This document shows positions 19,455-29,388 of a DNA stretch of 64,000 nucleotides, piece by piece. Origin of the DNA: an uncultured Clostridia bacterium. Its GTDB lineage: Bacteria > Bacillota > Clostridia > Oscillospirales > CAG-382. The notes under the pieces are model-generated. The model saw nothing but the letters and a program-made list of their open reading frames with translations, was not told the origin of the DNA and ran no database searches. Location of the stretch: assembly GCA_947630765.1 (NCBI GenBank), contig CANRIX010000001.1, positions 26,399 through 90,398 on the forward strand. Reading direction: 5' to 3'. The position numbers and the translations under genes were made by a program. Every line of letters starts with the position of its first letter. Positions within the stretch are counted from its first letter, which is position 1.

Positions 19455-19505
19455 TAACGCCCTCCACTCTCTGTAATGCGTCGTGATAATATGTGTTTTT
19501 GCTGC
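19455..19505 (-). pseudogene. relic of a second thyX 3' end (about 17 codons) fused in frame upstream of intact thyX
   Basis: The minus strand reads AAKTHIIITTHYREWRAL immediately after the GNAT stop codon. The intact gene has ATKTNIIITANYREWRAF at 18881-18932. Hand alignment gives about 85% nucleotide identity with one 3-nt indel. Confidence 0.6.
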
Positions 19506-20009
19506 TCAATGAAGGATAAAAACGAGGTCATCGCCGTCAAGCTCATCTGTCTTTTCAAATCCAATGGCTTGATACAGATTTTGGGCATTGGTATTGAGAG
19601 CTTCCGCGGAAAGCTTGATCGGCATTTTGGGGTCGGCAGTTCTCAGTATTTTTATCGCAAGCATTGCGGCCTTTTTCCCGTACCCCATGCCCTGAAATCT
19701 TTGATCAATGAAATAGCTCCAACTAAATCCCGGATCAGAGGCGCTCCATTTTCTAAAGACAATAAACCCGATCCGTTCACCGTCGGCTTTGCAGATCACG
19801 CACGGGACATTGTCGCCGGGAGCGAGATACGCTCTGCCGATTGAAAAACCTGCCGGATTGACAAACTCCTCCTGCCCCGGAAAAATGCTGCATTCGACAA
19901 CGGCGTACCAAAGGTCGTCGTCATTTTCAATTTTTCTGATACTTACGGTCTCAGATTGCCAAGAATCCTTTGGAATGTTTTTTATTAAATCCGAAAGTGA
20001 CTTTCCCAT
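19506..20009 (-). CDS. GNAT family N-acetyltransferase
   Basis: Start placed at MGKSLSDLIKNI (M43 of the track ORF). Motif-A block FIDQRFQGMGYGKKAAMLAI. Confidence 0.75.
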   Translation of the reverse strand: MGKSLSDLIKNIPKDSWQSETVSIRKIENDDDLWYAVVECSIFPGQEEFVNPAGFSIGRAYLAPGDNVPCVICKADGERIGFIVFRKWSASDPGFSWSYFIDQRFQGMGYGKKAAMLAIKILRTADPKMPIKLSAEALNTNAQNLYQAIGFEKTDELDGDDLVFILH

Positions 20010-20037
20010 AATTTTTCTGTTTCTTTTATTTCGAGTT

Positions 20038-21276
20038 TTAATTCGGATTCCCTTCTGTGTCCGACGGTTTGCAGGAGCCGCAGGGGGTATAGCCTTCTTC
20101 CTCGAGTTCGGCGACGGTCTTGTCGGATTCCGCACGGTTCTTCGGCGAAATCGAATCGACGTACTTGCAGTCCGGGCGGTGGATTTTGAAGCTGGAGGTG
20201 TTGAGCACCCACGTCGACCCGCTTTCCTCCGGCTCGCTTCCGTTCGAGGACGTATCCCCCACCCCGCTTTCCGACGGGTCGCTCCCCTGCTCGCCCTGCG
20301 TTTCGACGGTCAGCGTTGTTCCGTCCGTGCGAACCGTCACCGTGCCGACGAGGTCGGTCCGCAGGATTTCCGCCCCGCAAGCCTGCAGGCGGGAAAGCGC
20401 TTCCGTGTGCGGGTGTCCGTAGGAGTTCCCCTTCCCGCAAGAGATGATCGCATAGGTCGGCGTCGCCCGGCGGAGAAAGCCATCGCCCGACGCGGTGCGG
20501 CTGCCGTGGTGCCCGACTTTGAGCACGTCGCAGTCGATGTCGCCCTCCAGCGAATCCTCGATCGACGTGTCCGCGTCGCCCATGAACAGGAAGGTGCGCG
20601 TCCCATAGGTCAGCAGCAGGACCGCCGAATTGCGGTTCTGGTCGTCCCGATCGATGACCGACGGGGCGAGGAACCTCGCCTGCACGTCGCCGGACAGCAG
20701 CGTGACGCCCGCCTCTGCGACCTCCGCAGGAATATCCCGTTCCAGAATGGTTTCCGCCATCCCGACGTAGGTCGCTGTGTCGGCGCTGACGTCCGGCAGG
20801 TAGATGCAGCCGATCTCAAAGGATTTCAGCACCTGTTCCATTCCGCCGATGTGGTCGGCGTGCGGGTGCGTGGCGACGACGTAGTCGATACGGTCGTAGG
20901 AGAGCGCACGGATCGCGTCGACGATGCGGTCGCCGTATTCCGCGATTGACGCGTCGATGAGCATACATTTCCCGTCCGGCAGCTCGATAAAGATCGAGTC
21001 CCCCTGCCCGACGTCTAAGTAATGGACCGCGAGTTCCCCGTCCTTCGCCGGTTCGGGGGCCGACGAAGCGGTGCTGACCGCCACGCTTTCCTCGTCCGAT
21101 ACCGAAGAACCGACAGGTTCTCCATTCGACGACGCGTCGGTCGAATCGCTCGCGGCGACGCTTTCCGTGACGCTCGATCCACCGCCGGACGGTGAACCTT
21201 CCGGCGTCGCGCAGGCAAAGAGCGCCGCCAGCACGCAGAGCACGAGCAGGACCGTCAAACCCCTCTTGAATCCCAT
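20038..21276 (-). CDS. secreted lipoprotein with ComEC-type MBL-fold hydrolase domain and C-terminal Cys cluster
   Basis: Lipobox LAALFAC after MGFKRGLTVLLVLCVL. MBL motifs ATHPHADHIGG and VGHHGS. C-terminal KIHRPDCKYV...GYTPCGSCKP. Confidence 0.8.
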   Translation of the reverse strand: MGFKRGLTVLLVLCVLAALFACATPEGSPSGGGSSVTESVAASDSTDASSNGEPVGSSVSDEESVAVSTASSAPEPAKDGELAVHYLDVGQGDSIFIELPDGKCMLIDASIAEYGDRIVDAIRALSYDRIDYVVATHPHADHIGGMEQVLKSFEIGCIYLPDVSADTATYVGMAETILERDIPAEVAEAGVTLLSGDVQARFLAPSVIDRDDQNRNSAVLLLTYGTRTFLFMGDADTSIEDSLEGDIDCDVLKVGHHGSRTASGDGFLRRATPTYAIISCGKGNSYGHPHTEALSRLQACGAEILRTDLVGTVTVRTDGTTLTVETQGEQGSDPSESGVGDTSSNGSEPEESGSTWVLNTSSFKIHRPDCKYVDSISPKNRAESDKTVAELEEEGYTPCGSCKPSDTEGNPN

Positions 21277-21389
21277 AAAAACCTCCTTCTTTCGACGCTT
21301 TGCGTCGCATTTCGCGCCGCATAACGCGGACAGGCACCGCATACAATGCAAATAGGATTTCCCTCGGAAACGGAGCGTCCCGACCGCAC

Positions 21390-21989
21390 ATGAAAAAATG
21401 GAAACGCCTGCTCCTGCTGTTCCTTATCCTGACGCTGCTGACCTGCGGCGGCACGTTGTTCAGCCGAAGGCTGGAAACGGCGATGAAAACCTTCGCGCAA
21501 TCCTCCGGCAGCGCCATGCTGTCCCTCGCGCTGCAGCAGGCGCTCTACGGCGAAATCAGCGAGCGGGCAGAAGAATATGTGACCGTCGAACAGGACGCGT
21601 CCGGGCGCATCACGGCGGTTCGCGTTCATTCCGACGCGCTCTCCCTGCTTGCGTCGGAGCTGACCGTCGTGCTGCTGGAGACGCTGCGGGATTACGACGG
21701 GACCGCATTCGGCGTGCCGCTCGGCAACCTGACCGGTTCCGCTCTGCTTTCCGGGCGCGGACCGCTGATCCCCGTCCGCCCGGTTTCGGCGGGCAACGTC
21801 GCGAGCGAACTGCGCAGCACGCTCGAAAGCGCCGGTATCAACCAGACGCTGCACCGGGTCGCCCTGCATTTTACCGTGGCGGTCAACTATTTAGCGCCGC
21901 TGGAATCCTATATGGACACGCTTTCCTTCGACGTCTATATCGCGGAAACGCTGGTCGTCGGCGAAGTGCCGATCCTGTTTCACCCGTGA
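21390..21989 (+). CDS. yunB: sporulation protein YunB
   Basis: 199 aa. N-terminal TM MKKWKRLLLLFLILTLL, then YunB-like blocks GRITAVRVHSDALSLL...GVPLGNLTGSALLSGRGP...INQTLHRVALH. Confidence 0.7.
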   Translation: MKKWKRLLLLFLILTLLTCGGTLFSRRLETAMKTFAQSSGSAMLSLALQQALYGEISERAEEYVTVEQDASGRITAVRVHSDALSLLASELTVVLLETLRDYDGTAFGVPLGNLTGSALLSGRGPLIPVRPVSAGNVASELRSTLESAGINQTLHRVALHFTVAVNYLAPLESYMDTLSFDVYIAETLVVGEVPILFHP

Positions 21990-22750
21990 CGGCTTTTTTC
22001 CGAAAGCTGCCGCCCGATCTCGAACGAGATGATCGAGATTGCGCCGCAGGCGGGCAGCGAATAGTGGCAGTCCCGCGGATAGCGGATCTTCACGACCGCG
22101 TCGCAAAGTTCGAGCACCCCGGCGGAGATCCCGCGTTTCTCCCCGCCGTAAACTACGCAGAGCGGACGGCGGAAGGACGTGCGGTACAGGTCCCGCGCAC
22201 GGTCGGACTTCGCCGTCGCGACCAAACGGATCCCCTGCGCTTTCATCTGTTCGCACGCTTCGCGCAGGTCCGGCACGGCGCAGCAGGGCAAAAGCTCCGA
22301 CGCGCCCGCAGAGGAGCGCACGACCGCTTCGGTCGCCGTGAAGAAGTTCCGCTCGGGCAGAAACACCCCGTCCACCCCGGCGGCGTACAGCGTCCGCAGG
22401 GCGTAGCCGAAGTTGAACGGATCCTCGATGCCGTCCAGCACCGTGAAATAGCCGTTTTTCTTTTGCAGCAGCTCCTCCGGCGGGGAGAACCGCCGCTCGC
22501 CGACCTCCGCCGCGATGCCGCCCGCGCTCCCGCTGCCGACCAACGCGGAAAAGGCTTCTTTATCCATGTACGCCACCGGGACCCCGGCGGAAAGCAGATA
22601 CGCGTACTGCCGCTTCTCCGTCGCGCAAAAGTTGGACCGCTCGACCGCTTCATAGCGCTCCCGCTCGAGGAAAATTCGACTAACCTCCCGGCTTTTTGCC
22701 GTCAGGATACTCTTGACGGACACAAAACCGCTAACCGTTTGACGTTCCAT
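21980..22750 (-). CDS. TrmH/SpoU family RNA 2'-O-methyltransferase (RlmB-like)
   Basis: SpoU blocks GIEDPFNFGYALRTLYAAG, VYGGEKRGIS and LPACGAISIISFE. Confidence 0.8.
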   Translation of the reverse strand: MERQTVSGFVSVKSILTAKSREVSRIFLERERYEAVERSNFCATEKRQYAYLLSAGVPVAYMDKEAFSALVGSGSAGGIAAEVGERRFSPPEELLQKKNGYFTVLDGIEDPFNFGYALRTLYAAGVDGVFLPERNFFTATEAVVRSSAGASELLPCCAVPDLREACEQMKAQGIRLVATAKSDRARDLYRTSFRRPLCVVYGGEKRGISAGVLELCDAVVKIRYPRDCHYSLPACGAISIISFEIGRQLSEKSRHG

Positions 22751-24068
22751 CTTCCGTTTCGATGCCCGCCAGCGCCGAAAGGTGCGGCGGGTACTCCCCT
22801 TTCACGGTGTTGGTCACATAGGACAGGAACAGCACGTCGTGGAACGAACCGTCCGCGAACAGTTCCGCGAAGTCGCCCGGATAGGACGCGACGTCGACGT
22901 ACCGAATCTCCGTATAATTTTCGATCAGAAACGGAAGCATCGCGGCCGCACTGCCGTCCCCGACCACCAGAAGCCTGCGCCCGGAGGTGCAGGGAGATTG
23001 GATGCGGAAGCTCTGCCCGCCTCCGCCGAGGTAGACGTTGTATGCGCCGGACGCGTCCCCAGTCGCGTTCCCGGCGAGCGTGGCGGTTCGGTAGACGTTC
23101 CCGTTGCTGTAGACGGTCACTTTGCAGGCGTCCGTGTCCGCGTTGCGGTAGTAGCGGAAGGTGTCGGCGTTCCGCCGCAGGGATTCGGACTGCGTCGCGG
23201 TATAGAACGAACCGAGGAAGCCCTCGATCTGCTTTTCCTCATAAACGTCGAGCGAGACCGGCGCAAGTCCGCACGCTTCGCAGTACTGCAGGTACGCGAG
23301 GTAGGCGGCGTCCGCCGTCCAGTTGCGGTCGGTTCGGAAGAACAGTTCGGTATCCTCCCCGTAGGCACTTTGGAAGGATTCAAACAAATCGACAGTCGAA
23401 ACGTCCGGCGACAGCCGCTCCCCGACCGTGTCGAGGAAGCCTTCCTGCCAGGAGTTGAAGAAATTGTCCTCCCGCTTGATCTCGTCGCTGATCTCCTCAT
23501 AGAGGAACCCGATCCGCGTCGGGACCGGCATACAGTAGACCGCCGTGCCCTCCGGGACCTTCTGCGCGAGCGTACGGATCCCGTTGAGGTATTTTTCCAG
23601 CGTTGCGGCACTGTAATTGAATTGCTCGACGCCGACGCCGTGATAGAGATAGGTGTACCCCATCGCGTTGATGACCCAGCCGTGGGCAGGCTCTTCCGGC
23701 TCGGAGGTTTCCGGCTCGGAGGTTTCCGGCTCGGAGAGTTCCGGCTCGGAGGACGCGTTTTCGGACATTTCCGCGACGGGAAGCGAGATCTCTCCTACGC
23801 TTTCCTCCGAAATTTCCTGCGAAACAGCCTGCGATCCCTCCGGCGCTTCCTCGCCCCGGCGCATCAGCAGTCCGACGAGCAGTGCGCCGCTCACGACGAC
23901 GAGGAGCGAAAGCACCACGAGCAGCAGAATCGGCCCGACCGGGCGACGCGGATGTTCCGCCGGTTCGGTGTCTTCGCCGTCATCGAGCGGGACGAATGCT
24001 TCCGCCGGCTCCTGCGTTTCCTGCTCGTCATCGCTGTCGAACAGTCGATAGGTTTTTTCTTCTTCCAT
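22731..24068 (-). CDS. DHHW-family (AlgX/AlgJ-like SGNH) membrane-anchored protein with a degenerate signature
   Basis: Start placed at MEEEKTYRLF. One TM (ILLLVVLSLLVVVSGALLVGLL) and the acidic repeat SEPETSEPETSEPEEP. The family block reads FFRTDRNWTADAAYLAY where the family name-giving motif is DHHW. Confidence 0.7.
   Translation of the reverse strand: MEEEKTYRLFDSDDEQETQEPAEAFVPLDDGEDTEPAEHPRRPVGPILLLVVLSLLVVVSGALLVGLLMRRGEEAPEGSQAVSQEISEESVGEISLPVAEMSENASSEPELSEPETSEPETSEPEEPAHGWVINAMGYTYLYHGVGVEQFNYSAATLEKYLNGIRTLAQKVPEGTAVYCMPVPTRIGFLYEEISDEIKREDNFFNSWQEGFLDTVGERLSPDVSTVDLFESFQSAYGEDTELFFRTDRNWTADAAYLAYLQYCEACGLAPVSLDVYEEKQIEGFLGSFYTATQSESLRRNADTFRYYRNADTDACKVTVYSNGNVYRTATLAGNATGDASGAYNVYLGGGGQSFRIQSPCTSGRRLLVVGDGSAAAMLPFLIENYTEIRYVDVASYPGDFAELFADGSFHDVLFLSYVTNTVKGEYPPHLSALAGIETEDGTSNG
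23694..23753 (-). repeat. 4 tandem copies of a 15-nt in-frame unit (ttccggctcggaggt on the + strand)
   Basis: Read directly from the sequence: units at 23694, 23709, 23724 and 23739. Encodes the (S/L)EPET repeats of the DHHW protein linker. Confidence 0.9.
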
Positions 24069-24135
24069 CGTTGTGCTCCCTTTCCGCTTCTGCTTTCTCT
24101 TTCCAAAAGAGTATCGCCGAACGACGTAAAAATGA

Positions 24136-24178
24136 TACAAAAAGCGGGCGACAAACAACGCTTGCCCCCGCTTTTTTC
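24136..24178 (-). terminator. terminator after ftsH (bidirectional shape)
   Basis: Stem AGCGGG (24143-24148) / CCCGCT (24167-24172), flanked by an A-run on the left and a T-run on the right. Confidence 0.55.
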
Positions 24179-24183
24179 GGTTT

Positions 24184-26163
24184 TTAGGAGGAGAAGTCGC
24201 CGTCCTGCGCGGAATGTTCGGCGTCCGAGGGGATCTCCCCTTGCTTTTCCTTTTCCCGAACCGCCCGACGAGCGGTGTTCTCCGCACGGTTGGCGTCCTT
24301 CTTGCGGGAGGTGACCGCGACGAGCTGTTCCTCGGTCACGTCCTCGTTGAAGCAGAGCAGGAACTGCTCGGCGTCCATGGTTTCATGCTTGACAAGGTAG
24401 TCGGCGATGAAATGCAGGACCCGCATATTCTCCCGCAAGATCTTGTCGGCGAGCTTTTCCGCTTCATCGATGATGTTGTGGACTTCCTCGTCGATCTCCG
24501 ACGCGACCTTTTCGGAATAGTTCTGGGTGTGGTTGAAATCCTTGCCGAGGAACACCTCGTCATTCGACGAGCCGTAGGTGATCGGACCGAGGCGGTCGCT
24601 CATGCCGTAGCGCGTGACCATCTTCCGTGCGATCTCGCTTGCGCGTTCGATGTCGTTCGACGCGCCGCCGGAAACGTCGCCGAGGACCAGCAATTCCGCG
24701 GCACGCCCGGCAAGCAGGCTCGTGATCTCTTCCTTCAGTTCCTGGCGGAAAACACTGGTCTTATCCGTCGTCGGCAGGGCGAGCGTATAACCGAGCGCAC
24801 GTCCGCTCGGGATGATGGAGATCTGGTGGATCGGGTCGTGCGTCGGCAGGAGATGCCCGACGATGGCGTGACCCGCTTCGTGGTAGGCGGTCTTGCGTTT
24901 TTCGTCCTCGGTGATGACCAGCGAACGCTTCTGCGGACCGACGATGACCTTCAGCGTCGCGTCCTCGATGTCGGACATATTGATGACCGCTTTCTTCCGA
25001 CGCGCCGCGAGCAGCGCCGCCTCGTTGAGCACGTTCGCGAGGTCCGCGCCGGTCATGCCGACCGTGGACTTCGCCACGACGTCCAGATCGACGTCCTCGC
25101 CGATCGGCTTATTCTTCGCGTGTACCCGCAGGATCGCCGCACGACCCTTCAGATCGGGCAGGTTGACCGTGACCTGACGGTCGAAACGGCCGGGACGCAT
25201 GAGCGCCGGGTCGAGAATATCGGGACGGTTGGTCGCCGCCATGACGATGACGCCGTCGTTGACGCCGAAGCCGTCCATTTCGACCAGCAGCTGGTTGAGC
25301 GTCTGTTCCCGCTCGTCGTGACCGCCGCCCCAGCCGGCGCCTCTGTGGCGGCCGACCGCGTCGATCTCGTCGATGAAGATGATGCAGGGAGCGGTCTTTT
25401 TCGCGGTCTCAAACAGGTCGCGCACGCGGGACGCGCCCACGCCGACGTACATTTCCACGAAATCCGAGCCGGAGATCGAATAGAACGGCACACCGCTTTC
25501 CCCGGCGACCGCTTTGGCAAGCAAGGTCTTGCCGGTACCCGGAGGACCGATGAGAAGAACGCCCTTCGGGATCCGTGCGCCGAGGTCGGAAAACTTATCC
25601 GGCTGCTTGAGGAACTCGACGACTTCGCGCAGCTCCTCCTTTTCCTCGTCCGCCCCCGCGACGTCACGGAAGAACACCTTATTTTTTTCGTCCGAGCCGA
25701 GCTTGGTGCGGGCCTTGCTGAACGAATTCATGCGCCCGCCGAGCCCGCCGGTACCCCCCTTGGACGTCTTTGCGATGAAAAACCACCAGAAGAAGCCGAG
25801 CATCACCAGCACCAGCAGGTACGGCAAGAGCTGCACCCAGATGGAAACCGTCTGGGATTCATAATTGAAGGTAGTAAGGGTGCCGTTCGCCAGTTGGCGG
25901 CTGATCTCCTCGCCTAAGTCCTCATAGAACAGCCCGACGTCCCGCAGCTCATGCTCATAAATGACGTTGTCCTTGGTAAGGAAGGTCAGGACGTTGCTTC
26001 GATCGACGTTGAATTCGACGACCTGCTCCGCACGGAACATCTGCAGGACCTGGCTGTAGGGGACCTCTTTCGCCCCGCTTCCGCTCATCAGTGCGCTGAC
26101 GCAAAGGACCGCCAACGCGATCACGACGATCCAAATGATAATGGATTTTCCATTTCTTTTCAT
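24184..26163 (-). CDS. ftsH: ATP-dependent zinc metalloprotease FtsH
   Basis: Start placed at [20 protein letters not shown]. Walker [14 protein letters not shown] and zinc motif HEAGHAIVG. Confidence 0.95.
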   Translation of the reverse strand: MKRNGKSIIIWIVVIALAVLCVSALMSGSGAKEVPYSQVLQMFRAEQVVEFNVDRSNVLTFLTKDNVIYEHELRDVGLFYEDLGEEISRQLANGTLTTFNYESQTVSIWVQLLPYLLVLVMLGFFWWFFIAKTSKGGTGGLGGRMNSFSKARTKLGSDEKNKVFFRDVAGADEEKEELREVVEFLKQPDKFSDLGARIPKGVLLIGPPGTGKTLLAKAVAGESGVPFYSISGSDFVEMYVGVGASRVRDLFETAKKTAPCIIFIDEIDAVGRHRGAGWGGGHDEREQTLNQLLVEMDGFGVNDGVIVMAATNRPDILDPALMRPGRFDRQVTVNLPDLKGRAAILRVHAKNKPIGEDVDLDVVAKSTVGMTGADLANVLNEAALLAARRKKAVINMSDIEDATLKVIVGPQKRSLVITEDEKRKTAYHEAGHAIVGHLLPTHDPIHQISIIPSGRALGYTLALPTTDKTSVFRQELKEEITSLLAGRAAELLVLGDVSGGASNDIERASEIARKMVTRYGMSDRLGPITYGSSNDEVFLGKDFNHTQNYSEKVASEIDEEVHNIIDEAEKLADKILRENMRVLHFIADYLVKHETMDAEQFLLCFNEDVTEEQLVAVTSRKKDANRAENTARRAVREKEKQGEIPSDAEHSAQDGDFSS

Positions 26164-27548
26164 CGGCTTTCGTACCACCTTTCGGGCATTCTTTCGGCAA
26201 TTTCCACCCGTACAACAAAGGACGCGGCGGTTTCTTCCCGCCGGCAAGCGCGGTCCGCGACCCCGACGAACGGGACGCATAGGACCCCTTGCGCATCTGC
26301 AAGCAGCGGGACGGCGTCCCGAACGAAAACAGGAAGCCCGCTTTCGGAAAATAGTTTTTTCACGCTCCGATTCACCCCGTGCAAGCGCAGGCGGTCACCG
26401 GGACGGCGTGCCCTATATTGAATCATGCCACAAATTCCCGCGCAAGACAAGGGAAACTCTGTGGATAAATTGTAAATAAATTCCCCGTCGTCGCAAGTTT
26501 TCCGCATTTTTTCCCCGCCGGGCGCAACGGTCAGACGCACCGCGCCGCCGCAAAGCAGGGTTTCGCCCGTGCGGAGTTCCCCAGGTTCCAAAGTCGGGAG
26601 CGGCGGATTGACCCGTTCAAAACGCAGTTTCCCGCCCTTGAGCAGGGCGCGGTATCCGCCCGGCAGACCGACGACGCCGTCCCTCCCCCGTTCCGCCAGG
26701 TCGCAAAGCGCGTCGAGGTGCGGAAAGCAGAGGGTTTTCCCGGTGCAAACCGTGTAATTCCGCGCGGCGACCCGCCGAAACAGCGCCGGGGGAAGCCCCG
26801 AAACGTCCTGGCACGCGTCGTACGGCGGCAGGAGCGAGCGCAGGAACGCTTCGTCCTCCGCAGCGCAGCGCGACAGCCGAAAAAGCGAATCGACGACGGC
26901 GGGATTGACCTGTTCCATCGCCGGAAGCAGCGTATGGCGCAGGTAATTGCGCGTATACCGCTCGCTGTCGTTGCTGGAATCCGTGCAATACGGCACGCCG
27001 CGTTCCTCTGCGTACGTCCGCAGCTCCGCACGGGTCAGCGGCAGGAACGGCCGAAGGTATTTTCCGCGTCGGGACGGGATTCCGCTAAGACCGCCGACCG
27101 CCGTACCGCGCAAAAGGCGGAACAGCACGGTTTCCGCCTGATCGTTTTTATGATGTGCAGTTGCGAAGAAATCAATTCCCTCTTTTTCCCCGAGCGCGTC
27201 GAACCACGCGTATCGCGCGTCCCGCGCTGCTTCCTCGAGCGATTTTCCGCTCGCCTTCGCGACCGCCGGGACGTCCGCGCTCCCGGTATAGAGCGTCACG
27301 CCGAGCGACGCGCAAACGGACGCGCAGAACGCTTCGTCCCGGTCCGCTTCCTCCCCGCGAATGCGGTGATTGAAATGGCAGGCGGAAAGGCTGATCCCGG
27401 TTTCCTCCCGCAGTTCGGCAAGCGTCCGCAGCAGCGCCGAGGAATCCATTCCGCCGGAAAAGCAAACGCATACGCGCGTCCCTGCGCCGACGCCGTTCTC
27501 CCGCAGGCAGGACAGGACGGCTTCCTCCGCCCTACTGCGCCGACGCAT
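26160..27548 (-). CDS. tilS: tRNA(Ile)-lysidine synthetase TilS
   Basis: PP-loop [12 protein letters not shown]. 462 aa. Its stop overlaps the ftsH start by 4 nt. Confidence 0.88.
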   Translation of the reverse strand: MRRRSRAEEAVLSCLRENGVGAGTRVCVCFSGGMDSSALLRTLAELREETGISLSACHFNHRIRGEEADRDEAFCASVCASLGVTLYTGSADVPAVAKASGKSLEEAARDARYAWFDALGEKEGIDFFATAHHKNDQAETVLFRLLRGTAVGGLSGIPSRRGKYLRPFLPLTRAELRTYAEERGVPYCTDSSNDSERYTRNYLRHTLLPAMEQVNPAVVDSLFRLSRCAAEDEAFLRSLLPPYDACQDVSGLPPALFRRVAARNYTVCTGKTLCFPHLDALCDLAERGRDGVVGLPGGYRALLKGGKLRFERVNPPLPTLEPGELRTGETLLCGGAVRLTVAPGGEKMRKTCDDGEFIYNLSTEFPLSCAGICGMIQYRARRPGDRLRLHGVNRSVKKLFSESGLPVFVRDAVPLLADAQGVLCVPFVGVADRACRREETAASFVVRVEIAERMPERWYESR

Positions 27549-28914
27549 CCTGTTCCTCCCGTTCGTCCGAGGTCACGAAGCGGAAATATTTGCCGTACCA
27601 CGCCAGACGCACCCGCCCGGTCGAGCCGTGGCGGTTCTTCGCGACGATACAGTCGCACACCTCGTGGTCGGACAGCTCGTCCGCGTCCTGCTCCGCGACG
27701 CGGTAATACTCCGCACGGTGCAGCAGCATGACGACGTCCGCGTCCTGCTCGATGGCGCCGGAATCACGCAGGTCGGTCAACGTGGGTTTGCGGTGCTCCT
27801 CGCTCTGGCTCTTCTGGTCCTTCGGACCACGGGAAAGCTGAGAGCAGAGGATGACCGGCACGTCGAATTCCTTCGCGAGGACCTTCAGCGCATTCGTGAT
27901 ACCCTGGATCTCCAGAACACGGTTTTCCCGGCTTTTGGTTTCCTCGCCGTGCATCATCTGCAGGTAGTCGATTACGACCAGACCGAGGTTCTTGAGCTTG
28001 CGCAGCTTGGTCTTCATGGCCGTGACGGTGATCTGCGGGTCGTCGTCGATCCAGATCTCCGTTTCGTTCAGGACCGACATCGCGTCCCCGAGCCGCCGCC
28101 AGTCGTCGTCGGACAGTTTGCCGTCCCGCATACTGTAGCTGTCGATCAGCGCTTCCGAGCAGAGCAGGCGGGAGGAAAGCTCCTCCGTTCGCATCTCCAA
28201 AGAGAAGATGGCGACGTCCTTGCGGGTGCTCTTGGCGATGTTGCAGGCGATATTCAGGGCGAATGAGGTTTTTCCCATGCCCGGACGTGCGCCGACGATG
28301 ATGAGTTCCCCACCGCCGAGTCCGGCGAGGACGCGGTCGAGCTTTTCGTAGTTCGTGCGGAGTCCCGCCAGGGCGTTCGGATCGTTCTTGAGCAGAAGCA
28401 ATTGGTCGTAGTTCCGCAGGATCGCGTCTCGGATATGATCGAAATTCTTGTCGTACTTCCGGTCGGCGATCTGCGCGATGCTGTTTTCCGCCTCAGCGAG
28501 CTGTTCGCCCGCGTCGCCGACCTCGCTGAACGCCCGCTCAGAAATTTTCTGCGACGCGTCGATCAGCGCACGGAGCAACGCCTTGTCCCGCACGATATGG
28601 GCATATTCCACGATATTCGAGGCTCCCGTCGCCTGATCAATGAGGGTCGTGATGTATTTCGCGGCATCCCCCTCGGTATAGGTGCCCATGCGGGTGAGCG
28701 TGTCGATGAGCGTCACGACGTCCACCTGCCGGTCGTCTAAAAACATTCGAATCAGCGCGGAAAAGATCTGTTGATGCTGCGGAAGATAGAATTCCTCCGC
28801 CTGTAGGAACGAAATTTCATCAAATCGCACCGGGTCCATCAAAACGGTGCCGAGAATGGCTTTTTCCGCTTCGAGGGAATACGGCATCCTGCGGATACTC
28901 TCCAGCTCTGCCAT
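27532..28914 (-). CDS. dnaB: replicative DNA helicase
   Basis: N-terminal block PYSLEAEKAILG and Walker A GARPGMGKTSFAL. Conserved rplI-dnaB order. Confidence 0.93.
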   Translation of the reverse strand: MAELESIRRMPYSLEAEKAILGTVLMDPVRFDEISFLQAEEFYLPQHQQIFSALIRMFLDDRQVDVVTLIDTLTRMGTYTEGDAAKYITTLIDQATGASNIVEYAHIVRDKALLRALIDASQKISERAFSEVGDAGEQLAEAENSIAQIADRKYDKNFDHIRDAILRNYDQLLLLKNDPNALAGLRTNYEKLDRVLAGLGGGELIIVGARPGMGKTSFALNIACNIAKSTRKDVAIFSLEMRTEELSSRLLCSEALIDSYSMRDGKLSDDDWRRLGDAMSVLNETEIWIDDDPQITVTAMKTKLRKLKNLGLVVIDYLQMMHGEETKSRENRVLEIQGITNALKVLAKEFDVPVILCSQLSRGPKDQKSQSEEHRKPTLTDLRDSGAIEQDADVVMLLHRAEYYRVAEQDADELSDHEVCDCIVAKNRHGSTGRVRLAWYGKYFRFVTSDEREEQDASAQ

Positions 28915-28920
28915 TTCTTC

Positions 28921-29364
28921 TTACGCCCTTACCGAAATTTTCAGAGTTGCGCCGATCTCGCGGTAAAGCTTCACTTCCGCGGTGAAATCGCCGGTGGTCT
29001 TGATGGTCGCGCCGACGTCGATCTTCTTTTTATCGACTTTGATCCCGTGCTCCTGTTCGAGCTTTTCGCTGATGTCCTTCGCCGTCACGGCGCCGTACAG
29101 CCGTCCGTCCGCGCCCCCGGTCGTTTTGAAAACCAGGCAAAGCCCTTCGAGCTTGGTTTTCAGCTCCGATGCCGCCTTCCGATCCTCGGCTTCGCGGAAC
29201 GCCTGCGCCTCCTCGCGGTTTTTCAGTTCGGTCATCACCTGCGCGTCGGCGACCTTTGCGAGCTTGCGCGGGAACAGGAAGTTCTTCGCGTACCCGTCCG
29301 AAACGTTGACGAGGTCTCCCTTCTTCCCCTGCGCATTGACGTCTTCCAGCAAAATCACTTTCAT
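28921..29364 (-). CDS. rplI: 50S ribosomal protein L9
   Basis: 147 aa, starting [32 protein letters not shown]. Confidence 0.95.
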   Translation of the reverse strand: MKVILLEDVNAQGKKGDLVNVSDGYAKNFLFPRKLAKVADAQVMTELKNREEAQAFREAEDRKAASELKTKLEGLCLVFKTTGGADGRLYGAVTAKDISEKLEQEHGIKVDKKKIDVGATIKTTGDFTAEVKLYREIGATLKISVRA

Positions 29365-29388
29365 TTTTTCGCTTCTCCCTTCACGGAT

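Noticed and set aside
21398-23458. 686-aa plus-strand ORF, the longest unannotated ORF in the track
   Set aside because: Extremely Arg/Pro/Ala/Gly-rich with no recognisable motifs. It is entirely antisense to well-supported genes (rlmB-like, DHHW). This is a typical shadow ORF of a GC-rich genome.
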